Positions 50,801-58,577 of a stretch of 64,000 nt of DNA are shown here, piece by piece (within the stretch, counting starts at the first letter, position 1; every line of letters starts with the position of its first letter). A model generated the notes under the pieces. It had not been told where the DNA came from. It saw nothing but the letters and a program-made list of their open reading frames with translations, and did not search any database. This DNA is from Octopus vulgaris. Its lineage: Eukaryota. The DNA lies in NCBI GenBank assembly GCA_951406725.2, contig OX597826.1:72788001-72852000 (forward strand), read 5' to 3'. Position numbers and translations under genes: made by a program.

Positions 50801-53800
50801 GTGGATGCTGGAATGTCCAATTTTCTTCTCCAATGTACATCCTATAGTTCCAAGTATAGCCATAGGCTGCACCAGACAACTGACACATAAAATTTTATCC
50901 TGGGGCGAATTTCAGCTGTCTCTTGAGTTTCCACAGACTTTCATCAGTGGAAATGTCTTGCTTGGGTATATAAACAGTTTTGATATTTTCTATTTCGTCA
51001 ATGATGGGATAAATTTTATGAAGCCTGCCCTTGCTGTTGTCACCAGAGTTGAATTGAAGGTTTTTTTTAGCAGTGCTTAAAACCGATCATGCGGCATCAT
51101 CTCTACAAGGAAGGGCGCTACAGTTGCAAGATCCCAGCTCCAGCACAATACAGTTTCTGTGCAGGTGCTACATATAAAGCACCCAGTACACTCTGCAAAG
51201 TGGTCGACATTAGAAAGGGTATCCAGCTGTAGAAACCACACCAAAACAGACAATTGGAGTCTGGCCAGCTCCTGTCAAACCGTCCATGGAAAATGGACGC
51301 TAAATGATGGTGAAGATATAAATCCGTAAATATAGTAGGGGACACCAGCTGAGCGCATTTATGCAGAGGGATGAACCACAAACCATGTAGTACCGAAGCA
51401 AACTTCAAAACCACTGAGGGATGCCTGTGTCTATTGTAGATAGTTCACACCTGATGACAATATTGTGTCCAACATATATGGAATACCCATAACACAGTCC
51501 TCAGGGAAATTCAGTCACACACACAATATGATAAGGCCAAGCCTCTGAAATATCGATACTATTCATTTTTGGCAGCTGAGTGGACTGCAGCAATGTGAAA
51601 TAAAGTGTCTTGCTCAAGGACATGATGTGCTGCCAGGAACTGAACTCACGACATTATGATCATGAGTCGAATACCCCTAACCACTAAGCCATGTCTTCAC
51701 TTATGGGAGATTCCATATAAATCACATAAATTGAAAGTAAAAGTCTGGAGGCAAGTCCTGTGGATGTTTATCAATGAAGGGAAAGATATTTCCTGTTTGT
51801 ACAATAACTTATTTATGCAAACATATAATGACAACAGTTATCATAGGGATTTATAACTATTTTGTACAAGAGTAACACAGCCCAAAATTTAGGCAAAAAT
51901 CAAACAGGTACAAATGTTAAATGAGAAAAAAAAAAAACAACAAAACTGGGAAAAAGCAAGAATCAATGGAGTCTTTGACTGAGTAAGAAACTGTGTTTTG
52001 CTGTCAAGAGTTTGTAAGTGATTTCGGAGAATCAATTAGTTTAAATCAGCATTTCTCAACCAGGGTTCTACGAGAAAGAGTGAGATAAGCTAATGCTAAT
52101 TTCATGATCGTAATATTACTATACATGCACAATATATTATTGGCTATTGTAATACAGACATCATCCTATCTAACCTATTATGTTATCCAAAAAATAGAAC
52201 AACCATATATATATATATATATATATAGGCGCAGGAGTGGCTGTGTGGTAAGTAGCTTGCTAACCAACCACATGGTTCTGGGTTCAGTCCCACTGCGTGG
52301 CATCTTGGGCAAGTGTCTTCTGCTATAGCCCCGGGCCGACCAATGCCTTGTGAGTGGATTTGGTAGACGGAAACTGAAAGAAGCCTGTCGTATATATGTA
52401 TATATATATATAAGTGTGTGTGTGTATATGTTTGTGTGTCTGTGTTTGTCCCCCTAGCATTGCTTGACAACCGATGCTGGTGTGTTTAGGTCCCCGTCAC
52501 TTAGCGGTTCGGCAAAAGAGACCGATAGAATAAGTACTGGGCTTACAAAGAATAAGTCCCGGGGTCGATTTGCTCGACTAAAGGCGGTGCTCCAGCATGG
52601 CCGCGGTCAAATGACTGAAACAAGTAAAAGAGTAAAGAGTATATATATACCACGTGAACTACGATGGAAGAAATAGAAGAAAGATATGGTATATAATATT
52701 TTGTTGAGCAGGGGTTCCTTGAGACATGTCATTTATTTTAAGGGTTATGCAAGGGTAAAAAAGTTGAGAAACACTGGTTTAAATAATGCAAAAAGTTGTC
52801 ATTCAAAGTTTTAAGCACTAATTCCTCGCTAGAAAAAGACAAAAATGGTTTAACATTCAGTTCTTCTTACACCCAAATCATACACAACAAAAATAAATTT
52901 CAAGAGAAACTATTTAAATAAAGAAAAACCAATATATACTTTAATAAAAAGTGTTCGTATTTATATTTTAACATAAATAAATGACAAAAAGAGTCAAAAG
53001 TAAACCATTTAATTCATAGTTAATATGATGTCCACTAATTTTATAATAATTTGTGGATGTGGTGCTTAAACCAGACCAGTTCACTTAATTGACCACAGCC
53101 CACCTTATCAATATTGAGTGGACTCATCTGGCAGAAATAACAATAAGAAAACGATTATACTTACAGAAAACTGTAGAACTGTATCCGCCAAATTGTGATT
53201 ATTCATTGGAATCTTACGAGCATCCTGAAAAGTAAGGAAGTTACAAACTTTAGATACAGGCAGAAGACTGGCACAGCCTGTGGCATTTAACCACAGCTCT
53301 TGATGTTCTGGCTTAAACCCCTACAAGGTCAACTTTACTTTTCATCCTTCGAGAGTTGATTCAGTACAAGTATCAGAGCCACTTTAATATTTCCTATAAA
53401 TGAATTTATAAAAAAAAAAAAAGGGGCCATCTCAACATAAAAACATACAGGACACATCGTATAATGTAGTACAAGTTGAGCTCTTTACTCTTTTACATGT
53501 TTCAGTCATTTGACTGCGGCCATGCTGGAGCACCGCCTTTAGTCGAGCAACTCGACCCCGGGACTTATTCTTTGTAAGCCCAGTACTTATTCTATCGGTC
53601 TCCTTTGCCGAACCGCTAAGTGATGGGGACGTAAACACACCAGCATCGGTTGTCAAGCAATGCTAGGGGTACAAACACAGATACACAAACACATACACGA
53701 CAGGCTTCTTTCAGTTTCCGTCTACCAAATCCACTCACAAGGCATTGGTTGGCCTGGGGGCCATAGCAGAAGACACTTGCCCAAGATGCCACGCAGTGGG

Positions 53801-54569
53801 ACTGAACTCGGAACCATGTGGTTGGTTAGCAAGCTACTTACCACACAGCAACTCCTGAGCTATGTATATAAAAAAAAAAAAGACAGTATTTAATTCTTTT
53901 ATACGGTTCAGCTCTGAGACTGTGGCTATGCTGGGGCACTGCCAGTATCCTTATAGCTGGAACAAATATTTAATGTAGACTTGCAGGATAAAGGAGGGAA
54001 GATTCATGGCTAAACAACACACATCACAAACAAGATTATTCTACAAAATATGGTAATGAGAATAAATACTGACAAAGTGAAGATGTACAAAAAAAAAAAC
54101 TCACTGATATAGGAGTTGCCATCATTTCTAAAATATCTGAGATCCGTTTTGCTGTAGAACTTGTTACGGCCCCAGTACTGTTCTTATGCAGTGGTTTAGC
54201 GTTGACTTGACGCCGATATGGTGTGGCAGCCTACGAAGAAAGAGAAACAAAATTAAGAGAGCAAACACACAAACACCTTTCACCTATATTAAAAAAAAAA
54301 AACATTTTATAGGAGCCTGAGTAATCCCTGAGCAATAACTGTGTTGTTTCCAACTAAATCGCCAAAGAGCAATCCATTCTTTTCAAGTGTAACTCAACTT
54401 TCACTCGACACCTGTGATGTTGCGCAACTCATTTCTACAGCTGAGTGAACTGGAGCAACAGGAAATAAAGTATCTTGCTCAAGAACACAACACGCAGCCC
54501 AGTCCGGGATTCGAGCTCACAACATCACGATCCTAAACTCGATGCTCTAACCACTGAGCCATGCACCTT

Positions 54570-54609
<40 letters not shown>

Positions 54610-56758
54610 CATACACACACACACACACACATACATAAGTGAAGTGACAGTTGTTAGAGTATCAGATATTTGTTCCTGACATTATAGTTTAGAACAATGG
54701 ATGAAATACTTTATGTTCTGGCTCTAGGTTTTAACCCTTTTGTTACAAACCCGGCTGAAACCAGCTCTGGCTCTGTTGTACAAATGTCTTGTTTTCTTAA
54801 GGTTTCAATTAAACTATTCCACCAAACCTTAGTCACAATTTATGTTCCTAATACAAGCTTAATGATAACTAAGTTATTTTACTAAATTCTTTGTTATATT
54901 TAAAGTAATTGAAAGAAACACAGAACATCTCAAAATAAATACAGTAACGAAAAGGTTAAGCTCAAATTTTAACAAGCCATTCAGATCCCACTGACAGTCA
55001 GGATTACACTCCTAACTTAACAATCACAACTGAAAGCTATAAAGGGTGAGGCATTATTGACTCCTGCTGCTGCAATCAAACAATGATTATATGCAAATAT
55101 CAAACTACTGCAGCTAAGCTGGGTAAGAAGACCATTATATGCCTATTTATTTGTTGTTTTGAACCACATGCAAATATTGCAGCCGTACTAAATCTCAAAA
55201 ATGCCAGGAGGTGAACAGTCTGGATTATTTAACAATGTAAAGCAGGGAACTTACAGAATATGGATTACTTTCTTTCAGGCGCATTTTTCTCTTAGAAGAA
55301 GCCCCACCATACTGTGTTTTACCGCCATAAAATGAAGACTCATGCTGACTATCAGAGAGCAAGGAATCTTTCTAGAAAACACAAACATAGACACATTAAA
55401 GAAAGCCAACAACAATGTAGTATGTGAGGTTATACTATAAATCGATGATGATGATGATGATGATAATAATAATACAGTAACTTACCAAGAAGGGAGAGAC
55501 AAGCAGAGAAGGTTCAAATCTAGGCTTTGTCCGAAAAGAGTCACTTTCATTCTTTTTAATATAGGATATATTGCTCCACACTTTAGAACTTTCACAATCA
55601 CCTGTAGAGAAAGAAAGAAATTATACTAAATATTATGATTTCCCAGGTTAGAAATTTTTTAGAGTTATGAAGGACATTATAAGAATGAGTAAAGCTGTAG
55701 ATTTGTAACTGGTGAGCACTTACAAACCCAGTAGATTACTGGTACATAGGATGTGGGTTAACCCTTTAGTGTTCACATTATTCTGCCAAAATTAATCCTT
55801 TTTTATCCACATTGTTTTGAACTAATCAGGCATTATGTTGTAGTTTTGAGATTTTGATGAGGAAGCTGTTAATTTTTAAAATGATATTGTAGGTTGGTGT
55901 GAGAGACCAGATCTGGTCAGTTTGAACATAAAACAGGCAGAGTACTTTTGGCCGGATATGGCCGGTTTAAATGCTAAAGGGTTAATATTCATTATCTTAA
56001 GAAAAAAGAAAAAAAATTACTAAAATGCCTTATAAATAAAAATCAAGATGAACTAATTGGTCTTTAAATTATGAACATTAAAAAAAAATTCAGAGTATTA
56101 TAGGTAACATACACCCTCTCCCTGACTTACAACCAAGTTCCATTCTGATCGATAGGTCATAAGACGAATTTATATTTTTCAACACTATTTTCATTCAAAA
56201 GGGTTATAAAAATATAAAATATAAAAATTTAATCCATAATTATTGTACATAATGTGAAAAATACATATGTATGTTTTGTGGTCGTAAGTTGAGGAGGTGT
56301 ATTTTTACATAGCTCACACCCAGTTGTGGAAAAACCTGGCTCTCCACCTGCTTGTGAAACTAAGAGGCAAGTGGCCGAGCTCATCATGTCGTTCTCAGAA
56401 AGATTCAGTATGACACACAGAGGATGACATTGTTGGCTCTCTGAATTACAACTTATTTTTGTGGATTACTGTGGAAAGAAGTAGCAGGTTATAAGACATT
56501 GTTTCTAGAACATCTTATCCAAAAGAATATTTCGTTCTCTTAACATCACTGAATTAAAGCAAAGCAATGAATGGCCCCCCCAGGTTTCTTGGAATTTGCA
56601 GATATATAGTGAGAATTTACAAAAAAAACAAAAGACGAAGGCGGGTGTGTATTAGTTTAATGCTCGGGAAGTGAGAAAGTCTTTTATGTTTCGAGCCTAT
56701 GCTCTTCGACAGAAATGAAACGGAGAGAGAAAATAGAAAAAGGTTTAGTGGCTAGCGA

Positions 56759-56801
<43 letters not shown>

Positions 56802-58577
56802 GTAAATATATGTTTATATTTTATGTATTTCACTGACGAAAGGTTCATAGTTAACTTACAGCTATCTTCAGGATCAACACTAATGCTGCCATTCCCATCA
56901 TCATCATCATTAACAGATGCTGGAGTTGATTGATGATAATTCATGTCTGAGCCATGCTGGGTGTCAGCAGAAGGATGTAACCGATTCTTGAGTTGTTCAA
57001 TATCTGCTCCAGTGAGAGAGAGACAGTTCTGTTTATCACCTAACCGGGGGATCGTCTCTGAAATTTGGCCAGCATGAGGCAGTGAACCATCTGAAACAAA
57101 ATTACATTAATTAGCAATTTCTGTAAGTTGCAGTGGTGGGAAGAAAATAACAGTGATAGTGATTAAAAACTGAGAACACAAAACCTCTTTGATAATTATG
57201 CCAACAGAAGTACATATCACATATACATATGTTAGATCTCAAAGTTCCAGGAAATTAGCTGACATATTAATGAATGATCAATAGATAAATAAGCAAGCCA
57301 TGATCAACTTAAAGACAAGCACACATATGAGAGAGAGAGAGAGAGAGAAGGATTAGAGATTGTGTGTGTGTGAGAGAGAGAGAGAGAAGGATTAGAGATT
57401 GTGTGTGTGTGTGAGAGAGAGAGTGTGTGTGTGTGTGTGTGTGTGTGTAAGATGTGTAACTATATTGTGCTCAAGCCATGTAAAAGTGTCCATACCAGTG
57501 CCACATTCAAAGCACCTACTACACTCTGTAAAGTGGTTGGCATTAAGAAGGAAATTCAAGCACAAAAACCATGCCAAAAAAAATGAATGGAACCCAGCCA
57601 ACACTCCTGCTGGCAGCTCCTGTCAAATCTGTTTCTTTATTGCCCACAAGGGGCTAAACAAGGACAGACAAACGGATTAAGTCGATTACATCGATCCCAG
57701 TGCGTAACTGGTACTTAATTTATCGACCCCGAAAGGATGAAAGGCAAAGTCGACCTCGGCGGAATTTGAACTCAGAACGCAACGACAGACTTAATACCGC
57801 TAAGCATTTTGCCCGGTGTGCTAACGTTTCTGCCAGCTCCTGTCAAATCATTCAACCTATCCTAGCATGGAGACCAGATGATGATGATGATGATGAACTA
57901 TGCTCGTCCTTACCATGATTTGAGGTAGAATATCTCGGTCCTGGCGGATACTGCATCTCATGATTACCCGGCATATGATCAGTTGCATAGCCTGTCATTG
58001 CTGACCTTCTAGAAACTGCTTTCACCTGTTGATGATAGTTGGTATATTCAGGGTGCAACGGCCGTGGTTGAGCTGGACGCCGGTCACCAACAACTGGGCT
58101 TTCATGAGGTGACTGCAACAAAAAACAAAGTCATCGATGTAAAATATAGCAACAGCTGTGTTTGGAGGGCAGTAATGAGAAGGTCTTGCACTATTTATAA
58201 ACAGGTCTAATTTTTCACAGTTTTCGTCAATTTGCTCAAACTGGTGTGAGCTTGTTTTGACGCATTAATCTTAATAATTGGAGAACCTCCAAGTAACATA
58301 GGAAACCACATTTAGTTGAGCTTTTAATCATTTTGATGAATGCATCAAGCAATTTTAAATACTTAAAAGTTAACGAGAAATGTGAATCAAGTAACGAAGG
58401 CAGAATACATACAGAATAATTGTTGTCATCACTGTCTTTAATTTCATTTCCATTTTGATCTTCTTCGTCAATCACAGTATTTTGAGAATTCTCTGTGGGG
58501 TTGTTCTTCATGAAATCGGACAGCCATGATGGAACAAAAATATCTTTTACGGTGTCAGTGAATTTTGTAAACAATGA
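17465..58577 (-). CDS. NUP153: Nuclear pore complex protein Nup153, 26 exons, 5' end outside the window
   Basis: Motifs FTDTVKDIFVPSWL, SSFYGGKTQYGGAS, VTSSTAKRISDILE..P..DARKIP, GKMKRE and LKTGSVMDIL match the Nup153 N-terminal domain. These are followed by RanBP2 zinc fingers, FKFG repeats and the C-terminus GRVVKKAIRRTRKV*. Exon lengths sum to 4794 nt in frame. Confidence 0.95.
17658..17836 (-). CDS. NUP153: NUP153 penultimate exon
   Basis: PSDNTTT...LFQFGQ...NFNFTSGGFTF|gtaagt. Confidence 0.9.
19452..19531 (-). CDS. NUP153: NUP153 exon
   Basis: TNFTSNRGSEPFSFPNTGGVFQFTGKQ|gtaagt. Confidence 0.88.
20400..20880 (+). mobile_element. RTE-LINE 3' end with internal duplication
   Basis: [16 protein letters not shown]-like coding; the cttcgaacattgggcctca...gagaagac block occurs twice. 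Confidence 0.8.
20911..21318 (-). CDS. NUP153: NUP153 FG-repeat exon
   Basis: DSASKNPF...FQFG...FVFG...ATTTPAT|gtaagt. Confidence 0.92.
21544..21762. mobile_element. piggyBac-type MITE (TTAA-CCCTTTAG...CTAAAGGG-TTAA)
   Basis: TIRs plus TTAA; related copies near 55758-55985, 27059-27297, 40855-41068, 32290-32401, 59188-59411. Confidence 0.8.
22415..22800 (+). mobile_element. tRNA-headed SINE-like element with CpG-rich body
   Basis: tggcccagtggttagggc (A box) and ggtttcgattccc (B box) followed by about 300 bp of GC-rich body. Confidence 0.6.
22890..23021 (-). CDS. NUP153: NUP153 exon
   Basis: DGPSGAKRSV...DFNFSAA...GGFTPFS|gtaagt. Confidence 0.9.
23740..24370 (+). mobile_element. Old mariner relic
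   Basis: LHHDN.Q.H and PDL.PSD-like remnants near 24000-24105. Confidence 0.5.
24560..24682 (-). CDS. NUP153: NUP153 exon
   Basis: VASTFIFGSDS...SPLKRERDDET|gttagc. Confidence 0.88.
25441..25812 (+). mobile_element. SINE family A, older copy
   Basis: Same head and tail, more diverged. Confidence 0.8.
28215..28997 (-). CDS. NUP153: NUP153 large FxFG-repeat exon
   Basis: 783 nt open with repeated (G/A/D)FKFG; tttcag acceptor, gtacgt donor. Confidence 0.93.
30168..31082 (+). mobile_element. Decayed, internally deleted mariner
   Basis: TA-flanked TIRs (caaggtggtgtcaaaaagttc / gaaccttttgataccacctca); remnants QRANVKF..KLGKSA, QTVNQEFY, HDDNAP, YSPDLAP..F.LFPKMK. Confidence 0.9.
33193..33399 (-). 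CDS. NUP153: NUP153 divergent zinc finger 5 exon
   Basis: ttactggcag|...WKCDTCLVSNPLHCRKCIAC...|gtaaga; W-x-C-x2-C-x3-N-x6-C-x2-C intact; phase 1-1. Confidence 0.8.
33591..33914 (-). CDS. Candidate in-frame cassette exon of unknown function (108 codons)
   Basis: Polypyrimidine tract plus tcag acceptor, stop-free, G|gtttct donor, phase 1-1; no recognisable domain. Confidence 0.4.
34073..34210 (-). CDS. NUP153: NUP153 RanBP2 zinc finger 4 exon
   Basis: DPLMAKF..WECSVCMLQNKESDSVCVAC. Confidence 0.9.
34466..34663 (-). CDS. NUP153: NUP153 RanBP2 zinc finger 3 exon (CAGCAG acceptor)
   Basis: DSLMAKF..WECDTCMIQNKAEATKCVAC. Confidence 0.92.
34781..34942 (-). CDS. NUP153: NUP153 RanBP2 zinc finger 2 exon
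   Basis: DSLMAKF..WDCETCMLLNKPEATKCVAC. Confidence 0.92.
35660..36125 (-). mobile_element. Decayed RTE-LINE 3' end
   Basis: Similar to 5780-5970 and the family tail; comparable relics near 16040-16620 and 40385-40740. Confidence 0.65.
36541..36690 (-). CDS. NUP153: NUP153 RanBP2 zinc finger 1 exon
   Basis: DPLMAKF..WDCDACMVPNKTESKKCISC. Confidence 0.93.
36761..37158 (+). mobile_element. SINE family A, young subfamily
   Basis: Full length, long (TA)n core, CpGs retained. Confidence 0.9.
37235..37436. repeat. About 200-bp near-perfect palindrome
   Basis: About 95-bp arms, 8-nt loop gctgccga. Confidence 0.92.
37515..37595. repeat. Perfect palindrome with 39-bp arms, made of RTE tail sequence
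   Basis: ttgactaag...accagggt-cca-accctggt...cttagtcaa. Confidence 0.93.
37661..37871. mobile_element. Mariner-type MITE
   Basis: gagggggtactgaaaagtccctggcttt...aaagccaggaacttttcaacaccctc TIRs; related inverted copy near 38200-38381. Confidence 0.75.
39412..39558 (-). CDS. NUP153: NUP153 exon
   Basis: AFTLNTSG...PASTLKTGSVMDILGGGQKK|gtaatc. Confidence 0.88.
39696..39816 (-). CDS. NUP153: NUP153 exon
   Basis: tttcag|DFKFSSPDKV...FDEKP|gtgagt. Confidence 0.9.
41399..42474 (+). mobile_element. Internally deleted piggyBac element
   Basis: TTAA at 41395-41398 and 42475-42478; TIR CCCTTTCGTTAC...GTAACGAAAGGG; ORF 41668-42105 has an acidic N-terminus and DYFYLLF...IITAETNRYA...W.PITLNEIK (PGBD-like). 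Confidence 0.92.
42536..42865 (-). CDS. NUP153: NUP153 exon
   Basis: EPVQLKTDFVLPVTNVPKFSFG...DFKFSTPIQ...PSVS|gtaagt. Confidence 0.9.
43022..43390 (-). mobile_element. SINE family A, young subfamily
   Basis: Reverse complement of 36761-37158 with a small internal deletion. Confidence 0.9.
43562..43817 (-). CDS. NUP153: NUP153 exon (alternative in-frame acceptor at 43853)
   Basis: EKTTTTTVAA...GRPPISGKMKREKSYSTRG...EAE|gtaacg. Confidence 0.87.
45756..45832 (-). CDS. NUP153: NUP153 exon (77 nt, starts with GTAAGC)
   Basis: ttttcag|VSSYTGKDTSEESARVFATTPQTVS|gtaagt; supplies the phase 0-to-2 change needed by the next exon. Confidence 0.8.
46075..46460 (-). mobile_element. Non-autonomous Helitron
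   Basis: On -: 5' TCTATATATAAAG ... 3' hairpin CCCGAGCAACGCCAGG followed by CTAG|T. Confidence 0.8.
47838..47885. repeat. (AT)n microsatellite
   Basis: Direct reading. Confidence 0.95.
48666..48809 (-). CDS. NUP153: NUP153 exon
   Basis: ttccag|LPPRGPPTVMLNSPSKAIIAKNRQ...HINK|gttaga. Confidence 0.87.
49424..49492 (-). CDS. NUP153: NUP153 exon
   Basis: ttggcag|PSNFKRRSRPSVAVSTFSSDSEK|gtaagc. Confidence 0.8.
49801..51115 (-). mobile_element. Decayed piggyBac (PGBD4-like) transposase remnant
   Basis: Frameshifted DESLWK, GYTWNYRMYIG, MDNWFSS..GTV and WIDKRNV motifs; TTAA|CCC end at 49797-49803. Confidence 0.8.
52228..52639 (+). mobile_element. SINE family A, young subfamily
   Basis: Full length, inserted in a (TA)n run. 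Confidence 0.9.
53165..53224 (-). CDS. NUP153: NUP153 exon (60 nt)
   Basis: ttttcag|DARKIPMNNHNLADTVLQFS|gtaagt. Confidence 0.9.
53481..53857 (-). mobile_element. SINE family A, young subfamily
   Basis: Near-identical reverse complement of 52228-52639. Confidence 0.9.
54105..54230 (-). CDS. NUP153: NUP153 exon
   Basis: AATPYRRQVNAKPL...VTSSTAKRISDILEMMATPIS|gtgagt. Confidence 0.93.
54731..54959. mobile_element. piggyBac-type MITE, second family (CCCTTTTGTTAC ends)
   Basis: ttaacccttttgttac...gtaacgaaaaggttaa; opposite-orientation copy near 25099-25317; ends resemble those of 41399-42474. Confidence 0.78.
55255..55371 (-). CDS. NUP153: NUP153 exon
   Basis: KDSLLSDSQHESSFYGGKTQYGGASSKRKMRLKESNPYS; conserved FY.GKT.YGGA motif. 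Confidence 0.93.
55486..55601 (-). CDS. NUP153: NUP153 exon
   Basis: ctacag|CDCESSKVW...TKPRFEPSLLVSPFL|gtaagt. Confidence 0.85.
56860..57090 (-). CDS. NUP153: NUP153 exon
   Basis: tttcag|DGSLPHAG...DDDDGNGSISVDPEDS|gtaagt; open, phase 1-1. Confidence 0.82.
57329..57448. repeat. Duplicated compound (GA)n-aggattagagatt-(GT)n microsatellite
   Basis: Unit occurs twice in tandem. Confidence 0.85.
57630..57840 (-). mobile_element. tRNA-derived SINE, family B, with flanking 16-bp direct repeat
   Basis: gagttcaaattccgccgaggtcgactttgcctttcatcc core; cagctcctgtcaaatc on both sides; other copies near 1618-1747, 9722-9900, 27962-28177, 39045-39250. Confidence 0.85.
57914..58112 (-). CDS. NUP153: NUP153 exon
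   Basis: tgttgcag|SPHESPVVGDRR...STSNH|gtaagg; phase 0-1 fits neighbours. Confidence 0.8.
58413..58577 (-). CDS. NUP153: NUP153 exon (first in window)
   Basis: ctttgtag|SLFTKFTDTVKDIFVPSWLSDFMKN...NNYS|gtatgt; resembles human ILSRVTESVKNIVPGWL. Confidence 0.88.

Noticed and set aside
52464-53656. Two near-identical small ORFs (MTTDAGVF...)
   Set aside because: Chance frames within inverted SINE-A copies, not a gene pair
58020-58030. Internal CAG|GTGAAA donor in NUP153 exon 57914-58112
   Set aside because: Phase 0 does not match the phase-1 next exon; the downstream GTAAGG donor fits
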